DNA of 64,000 nt from an uncultured Candidatus Rokubacteria bacterium (GCA_963758635.1 CAVWWD010000005.1:352001-416000), one strand, 5' to 3'. Positions 1-13,256 are shown, counted from the first letter of the stretch. Notes: generated from the letters alone by a model not told the origin. Made by a program: numbers and translations.

Positions 1-420
1 GGTCGCCTCGCCGAGGCGGCCGAGGCTCCCGTGCACCTCGGCCACGACCTGCGTGGCGCGATCGAGCCGCTCGCCGATGGCCGTCTGGCTGCCCGAGATG
101 AGCCGCATCCCCTCCTGGAGCTGGCGCGCGACCTCCGCGCTCACGCTCTTGAGCTCGCCGGCCACACCGAGGCGCAGCTCGCTCGCGTCCTCCTTCAGGC
201 GCAGGGAGAGCTCGCCGAGGTCCTGGACGAGCGAGGCCTGCGCCGCCCGCCCCTCCGTGCGGACGGCCTCGATCTCGCGCTGGAGGACGCCGACGAGCGC
301 GGCGGCCGGCGCCTCGCGGCGGAGCGCCTCGACCTGCCGTCGCGTCGCGAGGAGCGCCCACACGACGGCGATCAGGGCCACGAGGAGGGCGCCGGCCAGC
401 GCGGCGGCGAGGGGGTTCAC
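1..420 (-). CDS. rmuC: DNA recombination protein RmuC family, N-terminal part (runs off window)
   Basis: Manual translation from GTG at 420: MNPLAAALAGALLVALIAVVWALL (TM anchor), then coiled coil ...IGERLDRATQVVAEVHGSLGRLGEAT; GTGA overlap with upstream stop. The nuclease domain is outside the window. Confidence 0.65.
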   Translation of the reverse strand, partial: MNPLAAALAGALLVALIAVVWALLATRRQVEALRREAPAAALVGVLQREIEAVRTEGRAAQASLVQDLGELSLRLKEDASELRLGVAGELKSVSAEVARQLQEGMRLISGSQTAIGERLDRATQVVAEVHGSLGRLGEAT

Positions 421-1291
421 GCGCGGCGCCCTCGCCAGTGGCGGCAGACCACCCGGAGGCCGCACGGCGCGCACACGACGGCGTCGCGGCGGCCCAGGCA
501 GTCGCCGGACATGCGCTTGTGGCAGAGCGCGAAGTCGTACTTCACGGGATCGTCGGGGTCGAGCGCGCGCAGGCGCGCCGTGATCTCCTCGGCCATCTTC
601 CAGTTCCGGCTCCGCCGCCGCGTGAGCCCCACGGCGCGCGCCATGTGCTCGATGTGCGTGTCCACCGGTATCAGCAGCGCGGCGGTCGGGATGTCGCGCC
701 ACAGCCCGAAGTCCGGCGGCTCGCGGCGGACCATCCAGCGCAGGAAGAGGTGCAGCCGCTTGCACGGCCCGCCCGTGGACGGCCGCGGGAAGAGGTGCCG
801 GTAGCCGTAGGACAGCCGGTTGCCCGGGAACACGGCGGAGAGGTCACGGTCGAGGAAGCCGCCGACGAAGCGCTCGAGGGCCGGCCCCACCGTGCCGTCG
901 CCAGGCGAGAACCCGGCCGCGAAGAACGCGCCGAGCGAGCCGTGGCGCGCGAGGAGGTCGCGCGTGGCGAGGCAGAACGCCACGATGTCGCGCGGGCGGT
1001 TGAAGCGGTAGCGGAAGCCGTCGAACCTGGCCCCGTGCCGCCGGGCGCGAAGCCACGGACGAACGCGGCGGGCGAGGCGCCGAGGCGCGCGAGCAGCCAT
1101 TCGAGCTGCGCGCCGAAGAGATCGACGCGGCCGTAGGCAAGGCACGACGAGAGGAGCGCCACGACCTCGCGATCGGCTGGCTCCGGGTAGCGCATCGGGT
1201 AGCGGATCGCGTCCTCGGCGGCGCGGGCGGCCCAGTCGAAGCCTCGATACAGCGCTTCGAGCGGCGCCTTGAGGCGGGGCGATGGAGTCAC
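417..1291 (-). CDS. TIGR02757 family protein (HhH-GPD-like) with C-terminal Cys cluster; one frameshift near 1030
   Basis: DREVVALLSSCLAYGRV, KRLHLFLRWMVR, LLIPVDTHI, DPDDPVKYDFALC motifs split over two frames. Confidence 0.85.
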
Positions 1292-1325
1292 GCAGCACTT
1301 GCTCCGGGAGGATTCTAGCACGCGC

Positions 1326-1439
1326 GCTCCGCTCGCCTGCGGCTCGGCGCTTTGCGGTAGTCTCCACTGCATGTCAACGGTGTGCGGTTGTTTCCAGAGC
1401 ATTTCCATATACGCTCACCTCGCCTGCGGCTCGGCTCGC
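1326..1439. repeat. Repeat family A (about 56 bp): full copy at 1384-1439 plus degenerate partial copies upstream
   Basis: GCGGTTGTTTCCAGAGCATTTCCATATACGCTCACCTCGCCTGCGGCTCGGCTCGC matches 15310-15365 and the reverse complement of 16637-16692. Confidence 0.85.
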
Positions 1440-1531
1440 AAAGCAGTACCCGCAAGGGCCCCCGTCGGGTAGTCTCGGGGCGTTGGCCGCGGCAGCGGAG
1501 CGTTCGCGCCCGGCCGCAGGAGGCGGAAGGC

Positions 1532-2312
1532 ATGGTGAAGATCGGCATCGTGGGCATGGGCGTGATCGGCCAGGCCATCGCGCGCGCGGCGACAACGGGC
1601 ATCCCCGGCATCGCGCTGGCCGGCGTCACCGTGCGCGATCCCGCCCGCGCCGCGGGCCATCCCGCGCTGCCCCTCGACCAGCTCGTCGAGCGCTCGGACC
1701 TGGTCGTCGAGGCGGCCACGCAGGCCGCGCTCCGGGAGTTCGGCCCCACCGTCCTCGCCGCGGGCCGGGACCTGATGGTCCTCTCGGTGGGCGGGCTGGT
1801 CGGCGTGCTCGACGAGTGGGCCCGGCTCGCCGAGAAGCACGGGTGTCGCATCCTGGTCCCGTCCGGGGCCATCGCGGGGCTGGACGGCGTCAAGGGGGCC
1901 CGTGAGGGCGCCATCACCGCCGTCACCATGGAGACGCGAAAGCCACCGCGCGGCCTCGCCGGCGCCCCGTGGATCGTCGAGCAGAAGATCGACCTCGACG
2001 CGATCCACGAGGAGACGCTGATCTTCGAGGGCACGGCCACCGACGCGGTGCGCGCCTTTCCCGCCAACGTCAACGTGGTGGCCGCGCTGTCCCTGGCCGG
2101 GATCGGCCCCGAGCGCACCCGCATCAAGGTGCACGCGGTGCCCGGCCTCACGCGGAACCAGCACCGGATCGCGATCGAGGGCGAGTTCGGCCGGCTGCGC
2201 ATCGAGGTCGAGAACGTCCCGTCCGAGAACCCGCGCACGGGGAAGCTCTCGTACCTCTCGGCCATCGCGATGCTGCGTGAGCTGGGCGCGGCGACGCGCG
2301 TCGGGAACCTGA
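1532..2312 (+). CDS. nadX: L-aspartate dehydrogenase (NadX); stop probably at 2310-2312, displaced by a 1-bp indel
   Basis: [13 protein letters not shown]ossmann motif, [38 protein letters not shown] upstream. Confidence 0.85.
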
Positions 2313-2431
2313 GCCGCGCCCGCTCCCGAGCGTCAGACCACGACGACCTGACCGTCCTGCGCGCGCTCGAGCGTCACCTCCGTCGCGCCGCGCGCCGAGC
2401 ACGTCCCGGCGCCGACGTGTTCGTGTGCGGA

Positions 2432-3488
<1,057 letters not shown>

Positions 3489-4251
3489 TCAGCCGCGAGG
3501 ATCCTCGCGAGCTCTCCGAGGTCCCGGATGTCGAACTCCGGCGGGCGCGCGCCCGCGGGCACGAGCTCGCCGGCCCGGTTGATCCAGGCCGCCTGCATGC
3601 CCACCGCCTGCGCGCCCGCCACGTCGAGATCCATGCGGTCGCCGACGAAGAGCGCCTCCGCCGGCCGGACGCCCAGCGCTGGCCGAGCGCGCGCTCGAAG
3701 ATGATCGGGCGCAGGCTTGCGCCAGCCGACCTCGTCCGAGACCACGATGGCATCGAAGAGGTCGGCGACGCCCTCCCGCTCCAGCACGTGGCGCGCGGTG
3801 GGCGTGTAGTCGAAGTTCGACACCACGGCGAGCCGGTGGCGGCGCCGGAGGCCGTCGAGGAGGCGCGGTGGTGGTCGGGGAACACCATGGCGCCGGACAG
3901 CTCGCGCATGTGGGTGGCGAGCAGCGTCGGGATCGCCTCGGGCGGCAGCGCCGCCGGGATCGAGCGCCGAGGCGGCGGAACAGCGTCTGCCGAACCGCTC
4001 CGGCGCGGCCACCTCGCGGTGCGTCTCGTTCCGGATGCGCTCGGCATCCTGCCAGCTCCGCGCGCAGCGCCGCCACGAAGTCGGCCAGCGGCACGTGCGG
4101 GGCGAAGCGGCCGGAGCGCCTCGTGCAGGTGCCCGGCGGTGGAGCGCACGGTGCCGGCCGTTCACGGTGATCTCGGGCAGCCGCTCCCGCTCGAAGAGCA
4201 CCAGCGTGTCGAACAGGTCGAACAGGCATCGCAGCCCGGCACGGCGGTCAT
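3489..4251 (-). CDS. HAD-superfamily hydrolase (frameshifted; 3' end approximate)
   Basis: FDLFDTLV motif [29 protein letters not shown]. Confidence 0.85.
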
Positions 4252-4686
4252 GGCAGCGGCTTCCGGTTCGCGTAGCCCTCGTCGAAGCCGTGCCAGAAGC
4301 GCACCGCGTCCTCGCCGTGCTTCCAGCAGAGGTTCACGGGCGTGTCGCCATGCCTCGGCACGCGGCCCGGGAAGTCCACCAGGCCCATCTCGAGGTCCTT
4401 GACCGACCCCGCCCAGCTCGGCGATGGCCTCGACGGCTGCGCGCACCTCGATGCCGAGGCCGTCGAGGCGCTCGGCTCGCGCCTTCCAGTCCGCCGGTCG
4501 ATCAGCGCGCCGCCGGCGGCCTGCGACCCGCTCCGCGCTCGCGCCCGGAGGTCGCGCGCGAGCGCCGCGGCCTGGCGATGGCGGTCGATCATGGTCTCGC
4601 ATCAGAGTCGGCGAGCCGCGGCAGGAGCGCGTCCACCTCGTGGTCCCTCTGCCCCGGGTCCGGTGATAGCGGCCGCGGCAGCTCAC
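4248..4686 (-). CDS. DUF2203 family protein (frameshifted)
   Basis: VKDLEMGLVDFP...NLCWKHGEDAVRFWHGFDEGYANRKPL. Confidence 0.85.
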
Positions 4687-5422
4687 GAGCCTCCACGAAC
4701 ACCGCGTGCACGTGCTTGGGCCCGTGGACGCCGCGGGTCAGGGTGAGCTCGATGTCGGCCGTGCGCGACGGCCCGGTGATGAAGTTGATCATCGCCCCCG
4801 ACATCGAGCGCGTCGGGATCGACGTGGAGCGCCTCCAGGAGCACGCCGACCTGCTCGAGCGACTCGACGAGCGCGTCCCGGCCCGAACACCGCGACGTGG
4901 GTCTCGGGCAGGAGCGAGGTCGAGCGCGGCCGGCCGGCGCCGGACACGCAGGACGAGCGTGCCCGTCTCGGCGAGCGCCAGGTCCACGCCGGTCACGCCG
5001 AGGTGCGCCCGCGCCGCCTCGCTCGCGATGGCGCTGGCGCGGCCGCGCTCCTCCGCGGCCGCGGCGCGCGGGCACCGCGAGGCCCTCGCGCCGGTGAGCG
5101 CCGGCCCGAGGTCGAAGCCGAGCGCCGCGGCATCCCACGTCACGATGTCGCGCGCGCCGCGCTCGCGCGGCGATGGCGCGGATCACGCGCGGGCACCTCG
5201 GCGGGCGTCGGCGCGCGGTGGAACACGCCGGCCGACGCGCTCGAACTCCTGCTGGAAGCGCGCGAGCGCCTCGGGCCAGCGCTCGGCCATCTGCGCGGCG
5301 CACCGCCTCCGCGGCCTCCGCCGGATGCCGGGCGCGCGGCGGTCGGCCGCGGCGGAAGAGGCGCGGGCGTCTTCCGCATCTCGGCGCGGACCCGCCCGAG
5401 GAACTCGGCCGCGCGTGGTCAC
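4683..5422 (-). CDS. lutC: Lactate utilization protein C (LUD domain), frameshifted
   Basis: GVTGVDLALAETGTL, FITGPSRTADIELTLTRGVHGP; downstream of lutB. Confidence 0.85.
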
Positions 5423-6850
5423 GGCCGCGCCGATGCTCCAGCTCGTCCCACCGCTCCGTGAAGGTCCGCGGCGCCACCGGCGGCAGGTCGCGCGTCGCCG
5501 TCCACCGTCCGAAGAAGAGCGGCAGGCGCCGCAGCCGGCCGCTCGCGGAGCGAACGGACCGCTGGAGCAGGCGTCCGACGCGCGCGCCGAGCCGGAACAG
5601 CGCGGGCGAGGCCATGAGCCGCCGGCGGGCCTGCGGAACAGCGCGCGCTCGCCCGCCGGCGCGACCGCTCGTGCTCGACGCTGCTCGCGCAGCTCGACCA
5701 GCATGCGCGGGATGTCGATGCGCACCGGGCACACGTCCTTGCACGCGCCGCACAGCGACGAGGCGTGCGCCAGGTCCTTCACCGACTCCGTGCCCTTGAG
5801 CATCGCGGTGAGGAGGATGCCGATGGGCCCCGGGTACGTGTGGCCGTAGGCGTGGCCGCCGATCTGGCGGTACACCGGGCAGACGTTCAGGCAGGCGCCG
5901 CAGCGGAGGCAGTAGAGCGCCTCGCGGAGCGTGCCCGCGATCTGGCGCGATGCGCCCGTTGTCGAGCAGGATCAGGTGGAACTCCTCGGGCCCCTCCAGC
6001 TCGCCCGGCCGCCGCGGCCCCCGCACGAGCGTGGTGTACGAGGAGAGCTTCTGCCCGGTGGCGCTCCGCGCCAGGAGGGCGAGGAAGACCACGAGGTCGG
6101 TCATGGACGGGATGACCTTCTCCATCCCCATCACCGCCACGTGGATCCGCGGCAGCGAGGTGACCATGCGGCCGTTGCCCTCGTTGGTCACGAGCACGAC
6201 GGTGCCCGTCTCGGCCACCGCGAAGTTGGCCCCGGTGATCCCCATGTCGGCCTCGAGGAACTTCTGCCGCAGCTCCTTGCGCGCCACCGCGGTCAGCACC
6301 TCGGGATCGGCCGGGAACTGCGCCGTGGAGCGCCTGCGAGAACAGCTCCGCCACCTGGCCCTTCGTCTTGTGGATGGCGGGGGCGATGATGTGCGACGGC
6401 TTCTCGCGGGCGAGCTGGATGATGTACTCGCCGAGGTCGGTCTCGATCGGCGTGACGCCCGGCTGCTCCAGCGCCTCGTTGAGGTCGATCTCCTCGGTGG
6501 CCATCGACTTCGACTTCACCGCCGTCCGCACGCCGCGGTCGCGGCAGAGCCGGAGCACGATCTCCCGCGCCTCCTCGGCCGTCGCCGCCCAGTGCACGTG
6601 CCCGCCGAGGCGCTCGACGTTGTCGGCAAGCCGCTCGAGGTGCTCGTCCAGGCGCTGGAGCGTGGCCTCCTTGATCCGGCGCGGCCTGGTCGCGGAGGGC
6701 CTCGCCTGCCGGGAAGCCCGCGAAGGCCTCGCGGCGCAGGTCGATGAACTTCGTGGTGGCGATCGTGAGCGCCTCCTGCAGGAAGCGCGTCCGGAGCGCC
6801 GAGCGCGCGCGCGTGCGGGAAACGGCGTGCTGAGCGTGTCGCTCGCTCAT
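5419..6850 (-). CDS. lutB: Lactate utilization Fe-S protein B (LutB/LldF), frameshifted
   Basis: VKSKSMATEEI, ETDLGEYIIQL, PSHIIAPAIH, GITGANFAVAETG, TNEGNG, SSLCGACKDVCPVRIDIP. Confidence 0.92.
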
Positions 6851-7599
6851 CGAGCCCGCGCCGTCCTCGCCGGCGAGCACCTGGGCCAGGTGCAGCGCGC
6901 GCACGCGCGAGCCGCGTGCGCGACAGGCCGCCCCCCATCTGCATCAGGCAGCCCGCGTCGCAGGCGACCAGGCAGTCGGCCCCTGTGGCTCTCGACGCTC
7001 GGCGAGCTTCTTGTCCAGGATGGCCGTCGACACCTCGGGCAGCCGCACCGAGAAGGATCCGCCGAAGCCGCAGCACTCGTCCGCCCCGGGCAGCTCGACC
7101 AGCTCCACGCCGGGCACGCCGCGCGAGGAGCGCGCGCGGCGACCGCGACTCGCCGAGCCCGCGCAGGAGGTGGCAGGAGTCGTGGTAGGTCACGCGGCCA
7201 CGGAACGGCGACGGCACGCTCGTGACGCCGAGCACCTCGACGAGGAACTGCGAGAGCTCCCGCGTGCGCCCGGCCAGCGACTCCGCGGCGGCGCGCCGCT
7301 TCGGGTCGCCGGCGAGGAGGCCCGGGTACTCGGTCTTCACCATCCACGCGCAGGAGCCGGACGGGACCACCACGTGCTCGGAGGCCGTCGAAGAGCTCGA
7401 CGGTGCGCGCCGCCACCTCCGCCGCCTCGCGGTGATAGCCGGAGTTGAAGAGCGGCATCCCGCAGCACGTCTGCCCGGCGGGAAAGTCCACCGTGACGCC
7501 GAGCCGACGGAGCAGCCGCACCATCGCCTCGCCGACCTCGGGGAAGAACAGATCGCCGAGGCAGGTGATCATGATCGAGGCGCGCGCCGGCGGGGTCAT
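6847..7599 (-). CDS. lutA: Lactate utilization protein A (CCG Fe-S binding), frameshifted
   Basis: ITCLGDLFFPEVG, QTCCGMPLFNSG, PSGSC, TYHDSCHLLRGL, DAGCLMQ. Confidence 0.9.
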   Translation of the reverse strand: MTPPARASIMITCLGDLFFPEVGEAMVRLLRRLGVTVDFPAGQTCCGMPLFNSGYHREAAEVAARTVELFDGLRARGGPVRLLRVDGEDRVPGPPRRRPEAARRRGVAGRAHAGALAVPRRGARRHERAVAVPWPRDLPRLLPPPARARRVAVAARAPRAACPAWSWSSCPGRTSAAASADPSRCGCPRCRRPSWTRSSPSVESHRGRLPGRLRRGLPDADGGRPVAHAARACARCTWPRCSPARTARAR

Positions 7600-7613
7600 C
7601 AGCGCGGCCGGCG

Positions 7614-7952
7614 TCACCCGCGCTCCATGTGCGGCGGCGGCGGCGCCACCACGACCAGCACCAGCAGCGGGTCGGTACCATCGTTCACGAGGCCGTGCTC
7701 GACCCCGGCGGCGGCGACGAGCGCTTCGCCCGCCCCGAGCCGGTGCTCCTCGCCGCCGAGCGTGAACCGGCCGGCGCCCCTCGAGCACGTAGTAGATCTT
7801 GTCCTGGTCGTCGTGGGTGTGGACGCGCTGCGACTGGCCCGGCGCCCACGCAGTAGAGGTCGAGCTGGCTCCGCTCGGTGGTGGCCAGCGCGATCCTCGC
7901 CATCTGGTCGGCGGCGAGCTTCGACGTGGTCCTTCACGCGGATCTTCGTCAT
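7614..7952 (-). CDS. Cupin domain protein (frameshifted)
   Basis: [15 protein letters not shown]...[21 protein letters not shown] cupin motifs. Confidence 0.85.
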   Translation of the reverse strand: MTKIRVKDHVEARRRPDGEDRAGHHRAEPARPLLRGRRASRSASTPTTTRTRSTTCSRGAGRFTLGGEEHRLGAGEALVAAAGVEHGLVNDGTDPLLVLVVVAPPPPHMERG

Positions 7953-7995
7953 GCGCGACATCATAAGCCTCGGGCTGCCGCGCCGCGCGGCGTGC

Positions 7996-9291
7996 TCATT
8001 CGGCGAGGGCGCGGCCGAGCAGCTCGACCGGGTGCACGACCTCCACGGCCAGACCCTCCTCGCGGCACTGCCGCGCGATCTGCATGAGGCAGCCCGGATT
8101 GCCGGCCGCCAGCACGCGCGCTCCGGTCTCGCGGATGCGCTGGACCTTGCGGCGGCGCGAGCTCGCCGGCCATCTCCGGCTCGAGCAGGTTGTAGATCCC
8201 CGCGCTGCCGCAGCAGAGATCGCTCTCGGCCAGATCCACGAGCGTGAGGCCGGGGATGCGCCGCAGCAGCGCGCGCGGCTCGGCGCGGACGCGCTGCCCG
8301 TGGGCGAGGTGACAGGCGTCGTGATAGGCCACCGTCGCCGGGCAGCTCGCGCAGCGGCAGCTCGGCCTCGGCGAGCACTTCCGTGACGTCGCGCACCGCG
8401 CGGCAGCCGGCCCACCGCGCCGTCGTCGCCGAGCCAGTGACGCGCATTCCTTGAGCGCCGAGCCCGCAGCCCGCGGCGTTGGTCACGATCACGTCCACGT
8501 CACGGCCAAGCGTCGCCATCAGGTCGCGCGCCATGGCGCGGAACTCGTCGAGCCGTCCCGCGTGCAGGTGCAGCGCGCCGCAGCAGCCCTGCTGCGGCCG
8601 GCGCCACCACGTCCCAGCCCGCCGCGGCGAGCAGGCGCGCGGTCTGCGCGTTGACGTGCGGGTAGACGAAGCGCTGGACGCAGCCGAGGAGGAGCGCGGC
8701 CCGCCCGCGCCGCGTCGCCGCGCGCGGGGGTGAAGCGCGGGCAGCGGCGCCGCCGCCGGGAGCGCGGGCAGGAGCGCCTCCATGCGCCTGGAGCTCCGGA
8801 CGCGAGGCGGAGCATGCCGAGCCCGCGCACCGGCCGCCTGCAGGCCCGATCGCTGGTAGAGACGCAGCGCGCCCATCAAGCGCGCCGAGGCGCCGCGGGT
8901 CCGGGAACGTGCGGAGGGCGAGATCGAGCGTGCGCTGCCGTCGCTCGGGCGGTCGGACGCCCTGCGCGCTCGAGCTGGCCACGCGTCGCCTCGAGGATGT
9001 GGCCGAAGGGCACGCCGGAGGGACACGCCGTCTCGCAGGCGCGGCAGCCCAGGCAGAGGTCGAGGTGACGCGCGAGGCTCGGCGTCAGCTCGGCCCGACC
9101 CTCGGCCGCCGCGCGCATCAGGTAGACACGGCCCGCGCGGCGAGTCCATCTCCTCGCCGAGCAGCCGGTAGGTCGGGCACTGGGGCAGGCAGATCCCGCA
9201 GTGCACGCAGGCGCGCAGCCCGTCGATCGTGGGCGGATCCTGCGCGTCGAAGGCGCCGAGCTGCGCCGGCGCGGCGGCTGGGCTCTCTCAC
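7996..9291 (-). CDS. glcF: Glycolate oxidase Fe-S subunit GlcF-like (frameshifted)
   Basis: [71 protein letters not shown]. Confidence 0.9.
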
Positions 9292-10615
9292 AGGCCGCCC
9301 ACGAAGCGGCCGGGGTTGAGGATCCCCTCCGGATCGAACTCGCGCTTGAGGCGCGCCATGATGCGCGAGCGCGTCCGGGCTCGACGGGGCCCCAGACGTC
9401 GAGGCCGCGCTTCAGCGCGGCGCGGCGCGCGCTCGACGACGAGGCTGCCGCCCTCGGCGGCGAGCCCGTCGCGGACCGGCCGGAGGAGGCCACCGTCGAG
9501 GCGCGTCCGCCGTCGGGCTCCGCGCGAGGCCGACGATCCCATGCCGGTCCCGGCATCCGCCGCCATCGGCCGCGAGGCCGAGCGCCGAGGCGCGGCGCCG
9601 CGACGCTCGGCGAGCCAGGACGCGAGACGCGGCAGCGTGGCCGCGAGCTTGAGCCGGATGGGCGCGGCCAGCGTCGCGCCAAGGCCGGACCAGAGACGCG
9701 GCGGCGCGCCGCCGCCGACGCCACCGTGCTCCGCGGCCAGCCGCGCGAGCGCCGCGCCCTGGCTCGCCACCGCCTCGGGCACGCTCTCGATGGACACCGC
9801 GACGGCCAGCGGCGCGCGGCCGCTGAGTCGCGGCGAGCGCGCGCGGCGTCGAGCAGCGCCACGCGAGCGGGCTCGATCGCGGTATCGAGCAGCGCGGCCA
9901 GGAAGCCGCCGGCCGCCTCCGCGGACGCGAAGCGGATCAGCCACGAGCGCCTCGGCGGGCGGGACGCGGATGCAGACGGAGCGTCGCCTCCGACGAGGAC
10001 GCCGAGGGTGCCCAGCGAGCCCACGAGGAGCTTCGGCACGTCGTAGCCCGTCACCGACTTCACCACCCGGGAGCCGCCCCACGTGATCGTGCCGTCCGCC
10101 TGCACGAAGCGCACGCCGAGCAGCGAGGTCGCGCGCGGTGCCGTAGCGGAAGCGGAGCGGCCCGCTGGCCCCGGTGGCGAGCACGCCGCCGACGCTGCGC
10201 CCCGCCCCCCGGCGGATCGACGGGCCAGCGCTGGCGGTGCTGGCCGAGCCGCGCCGCGAGCGCGCCAGCGCGACGCGCCCGCCTCGACGCTGGCCACCAT
10301 GTCCTCGGGCACGTAGCTCGTGATCGCGGCGAGAGCACGGCAGATCGAGCGACGAGGTCGAGCCGGCGCGGGGCGGCGCCGAGCGCCACGCTCGAGCCGC
10401 TCGCCGCGCGGCGCCACCGCAAGGCGCTCCGCCGAGGCCAGGCGAGGAGCCGGCTCACCTCTCGGCGTCGCCCGGCCGGGCCACCAGCGCGGCGTGACGC
10501 CGTCCACCGCGTGCGCGGCGAGGACGCCGGCGTCGTCGGAGACGTGCGCCGCGCCCGACGATCTCGACAGCGCGTCGCGCAGCGCCGCCACGGAGACGCC
10601 ACAGTGGCTCAGCAT
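9288..10615 (-). CDS. glcE: FAD-binding oxidoreductase GlcE-like (frameshifted; start approximate)
   Basis: ATGASGPLRFRYG, GSRVVKSVTGYDVPKLLVGSLGTLG, KREFDPEGILNPGRF. Confidence 0.85.
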
Positions 10616-12101
10616 CCCAGGTGCCGTCGGCGCAGCGGGCGCTCGGCAGCGCCGGGCCGCGCCGGCCGGAAGCCCTCGCCGCAGGCGGGATGCGACGGCA
10701 GGAGCTTGTCGGGGTTCATGATCGACGTCGGGGTCGAACACGCGGCGCAGCCGCGCCATGAAGTTGAGGTCGGCGTCGGCGAACTGCAGCGGCAGGTTCT
10801 TGGCCTTGTCGAGGCCCACGCCGTGCTCGCCCGTCACGCTGCCGCCCAGCGCGAGGCACGCCTGCAGCAGCTCCTCGTTGGCCTGCTTGGCGCGCGCCAG
10901 CTCGTCGGGCACCCGGTCGTCGTAGCAGATGATCGGGTGGAGGTTGCCGTCGCCGGCGTGGAAGACGTTGGCGAACACCAGCCGGTGGCGCGCGGCGATG
11001 GCCAGCATCTCGCGCATGATCTGGGGCAGCTTGCGACCGCGGCACCACCGCGTCCTGGAGCAGCCAGGCCGGGCGTGAGGCGGCCCACCACGCCCGCCGC
11101 CTCCTTGCGGCCCTTCCAGAGGAGCGCGCGCTCGGCGTCGTTCTTCGCCACGCGGATCTCGAGGGCCAGGCGCTCGCGGCAGATGGCCTCGACGCGGCGC
11201 GACTGGGCCTCGATCTCCTCGCGCGGGCCGTCGAGCTCGATCAGGAGCACGGCGGCCGCGCCCTTCGGGTAGCCCGCCCCCACGCCCTCCTCGATGGCCC
11301 GGATCATGACCTCGTCGAGCATCTCGAGGGCGGCGGGGATGATGCCGTCGGCGATGATCGCGGAGACCGCCTCGGACGCGTCCTCGATGCTCGAGAAGGA
11401 CGCGAGGACGGTCTTCACGCCCTCGGGCACGTGCATGAGGCGCACGGTCACCGCGGTGACGAGCCCGAGCGTGCCCTCGCCGCCCACCACCACGCCGGTG
11501 AGGTCGTAGCCCGGCCGCTCGCGGGTCTTGCCGCCCAGCCAGACCAGCTCGCCCGCGCCCGTGACGACCTGCAGGCCGAGCACGTGGTTCACGGTGATGC
11601 CGTACTTGAGGCAGTGCGGGCCGCCGGCGTTGGTGGAGGCGTTGCCGCCGATCGAGGACACCATCTGGCTCGACGGGTCGGGCGCGAAGTAGTAGCCGCG
11701 GGGCCGGGTCGCCTCGGAGAGCGCAGAGGTTGATGAGGCCGGGCTCGACGGTGGCGGAGCGGTTCGGCAGGTCGATCTCGAGGATGCGGTTCATGCGCGT
11801 GGTCGCCACCATCACGCCGCCGCGCGGGGCCATCGCGCCCGCCGATCAGCCCCGTCCCCGAGCCGCGCGGCACGACCGGCACGCCCTCGCGACGGCAGAG
11901 CCGGACGACGTCGGCCACCTGCGCCGCGCTCTCCGGCAGCACCACCACGTCGGGGGCGCCCTTGAAGAACGTGTGCATGTCGCACTCGTAGGTGAGCCGC
12001 CCCTCCACGGAGGCGACCACGCCGCGCGCCCCGACGATCGCCTTGAGCTCGCGGAGGAGCGACGGCGTGGCGGCGCGGTCGGCCGGCCTGGCTGTGTCCA
12101 C
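10609..12101 (-). CDS. glcD: FAD-linked oxidase GlcD-like (frameshifted; 3' end approximate)
   Basis: VPRGSGTGLIGG, SIGGNASTNAGGPHCLKYG, GGEGTLG, FHAGDGNLHP, TGEHGVG. Confidence 0.9.
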
Positions 12102-12114
12102 TACCCTCCTCGTG

Positions 12115-12179
12115 GCCCCGCCTCGGGGGCGTGAGCGGTCGCTCGAAATGCGACCGCCGGTCCCGTCACCGGGACCGGC
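12115..12179. other. Cluster of GC hairpins between korB and glcD (terminator or processing site, no U-tract)
   Basis: GCGGTCGC-N7-GCGACCGC (12135-12157) and GCCGGTCCC-N6-GGGACCGGC (12156-12179). Confidence 0.5.
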
Positions 12180-12215
12180 AGTCGGTGCTTCACGCGGGCG
12201 CGGCAGCGGCCGCGC

Positions 12216-13256
12216 CTACTTGATCGTCCAGGTCTCTCCGGAGCGGAGCAGCGCCGCGATGTCGCCCGGGCCGCGGCTCGCGATGGCCTTCTGCTCCTGG
12301 TCGAGCACGATCTGCTCGTAGATGGGCGCGTCCGCCTCGTTGGCGAGCACGCCGAGCGGGATCGGGTACTCCGGCGCCCACAGCTGGGCCAGGATGAGGG
12401 AGGTCGCGCGATCGGTCTCGTCGTGCACCCAGAGCGCGCTCTCGGGCACGTCGGCCACCCGCACCACCTTGGGCTTCACCGCCTCCAGCACGAGCCCGCG
12501 GCGATCGTCGGCCGGCCCGAACGTGAGGGGCTTGCCGTGCTCGAGGCGCAGCTCGTGGTGCACCTTCTGCTCCCGGTCGTAGAGGAGGTTCCACGCGAGG
12601 TCGTTGTACACGTTGCAGTTCTGGAGGATCTCGACGAAGGCCGCGCCCTTGTGGTGCGACGCCCGCCGCACGACCTCCTCCATGTGCGGGATGTTCCGAT
12701 CCACCGTGCGCGCCACGAACGAGGCGCCCGCGGCGAGCGCAAAGGCGCAGGGGCTCACCGGCCGGTCGGCCGAGCCGGCCGGGGTGGACTTCGTCACCTT
12801 GCCGAGCTCGCTGGTCGGCGAGTACTGGCCCTTGGTGAGCCCGTAGATCCGGTTGTTGAACATCAGGATCGTCACGTCCACGTTGCGCCGGAGCACGTGC
12901 AGGAGGTGGTTCCCGCCGATGCTGAGTCCGTCGCCGTCGCCCGTGACCACGAACACCTTGAGGTCCGGGCGCGCGAGCTTGAACCCGGTCGCCACCGCGG
13001 GCGCCCGGCCGTGGATGGTGTGGAAGCCGTACGTGTTCATGTAGTACGGGAACCGGCTCGAGCAGCCGATGCCCGAGATGAACACGATGTCCTCCCGCGG
13101 GATGCCGAGGTCCGGCATCACCTTCTGGATGGCGCTCAGGATGGCGTAGTCGCCGCATCCCGGGCACCAGCGCACGTCCTGGTCGGACTCGAAGTCCTTC
13201 TTGGTGTACCGGGGACCGCCGGGCTTGGTGCTCGCCGCGTTCTCGATGGTGCTCAC
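12216..13256 (-). CDS. korB: 2-oxoacid:ferredoxin oxidoreductase subunit beta
   Basis: WCPGCGD, SGIGCSSR, HGRA, GDGDGLSIGGNH, NNRIYGLTKGQYSPT. Confidence 0.95.
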   Translation of the reverse strand: MSTIENAASTKPGGPRYTKKDFESDQDVRWCPGCGDYAILSAIQKVMPDLGIPREDIVFISGIGCSSRFPYYMNTYGFHTIHGRAPAVATGFKLARPDLKVFVVTGDGDGLSIGGNHLLHVLRRNVDVTILMFNNRIYGLTKGQYSPTSELGKVTKSTPAGSADRPVSPCAFALAAGASFVARTVDRNIPHMEEVVRRASHHKGAAFVEILQNCNVYNDLAWNLLYDREQKVHHELRLEHGKPLTFGPADDRRGLVLEAVKPKVVRVADVPESALWVHDETDRATSLILAQLWAPEYPIPLGVLANEADAPIYEQIVLDQEQKAIASRGPGDIAALLRSGETWTIK

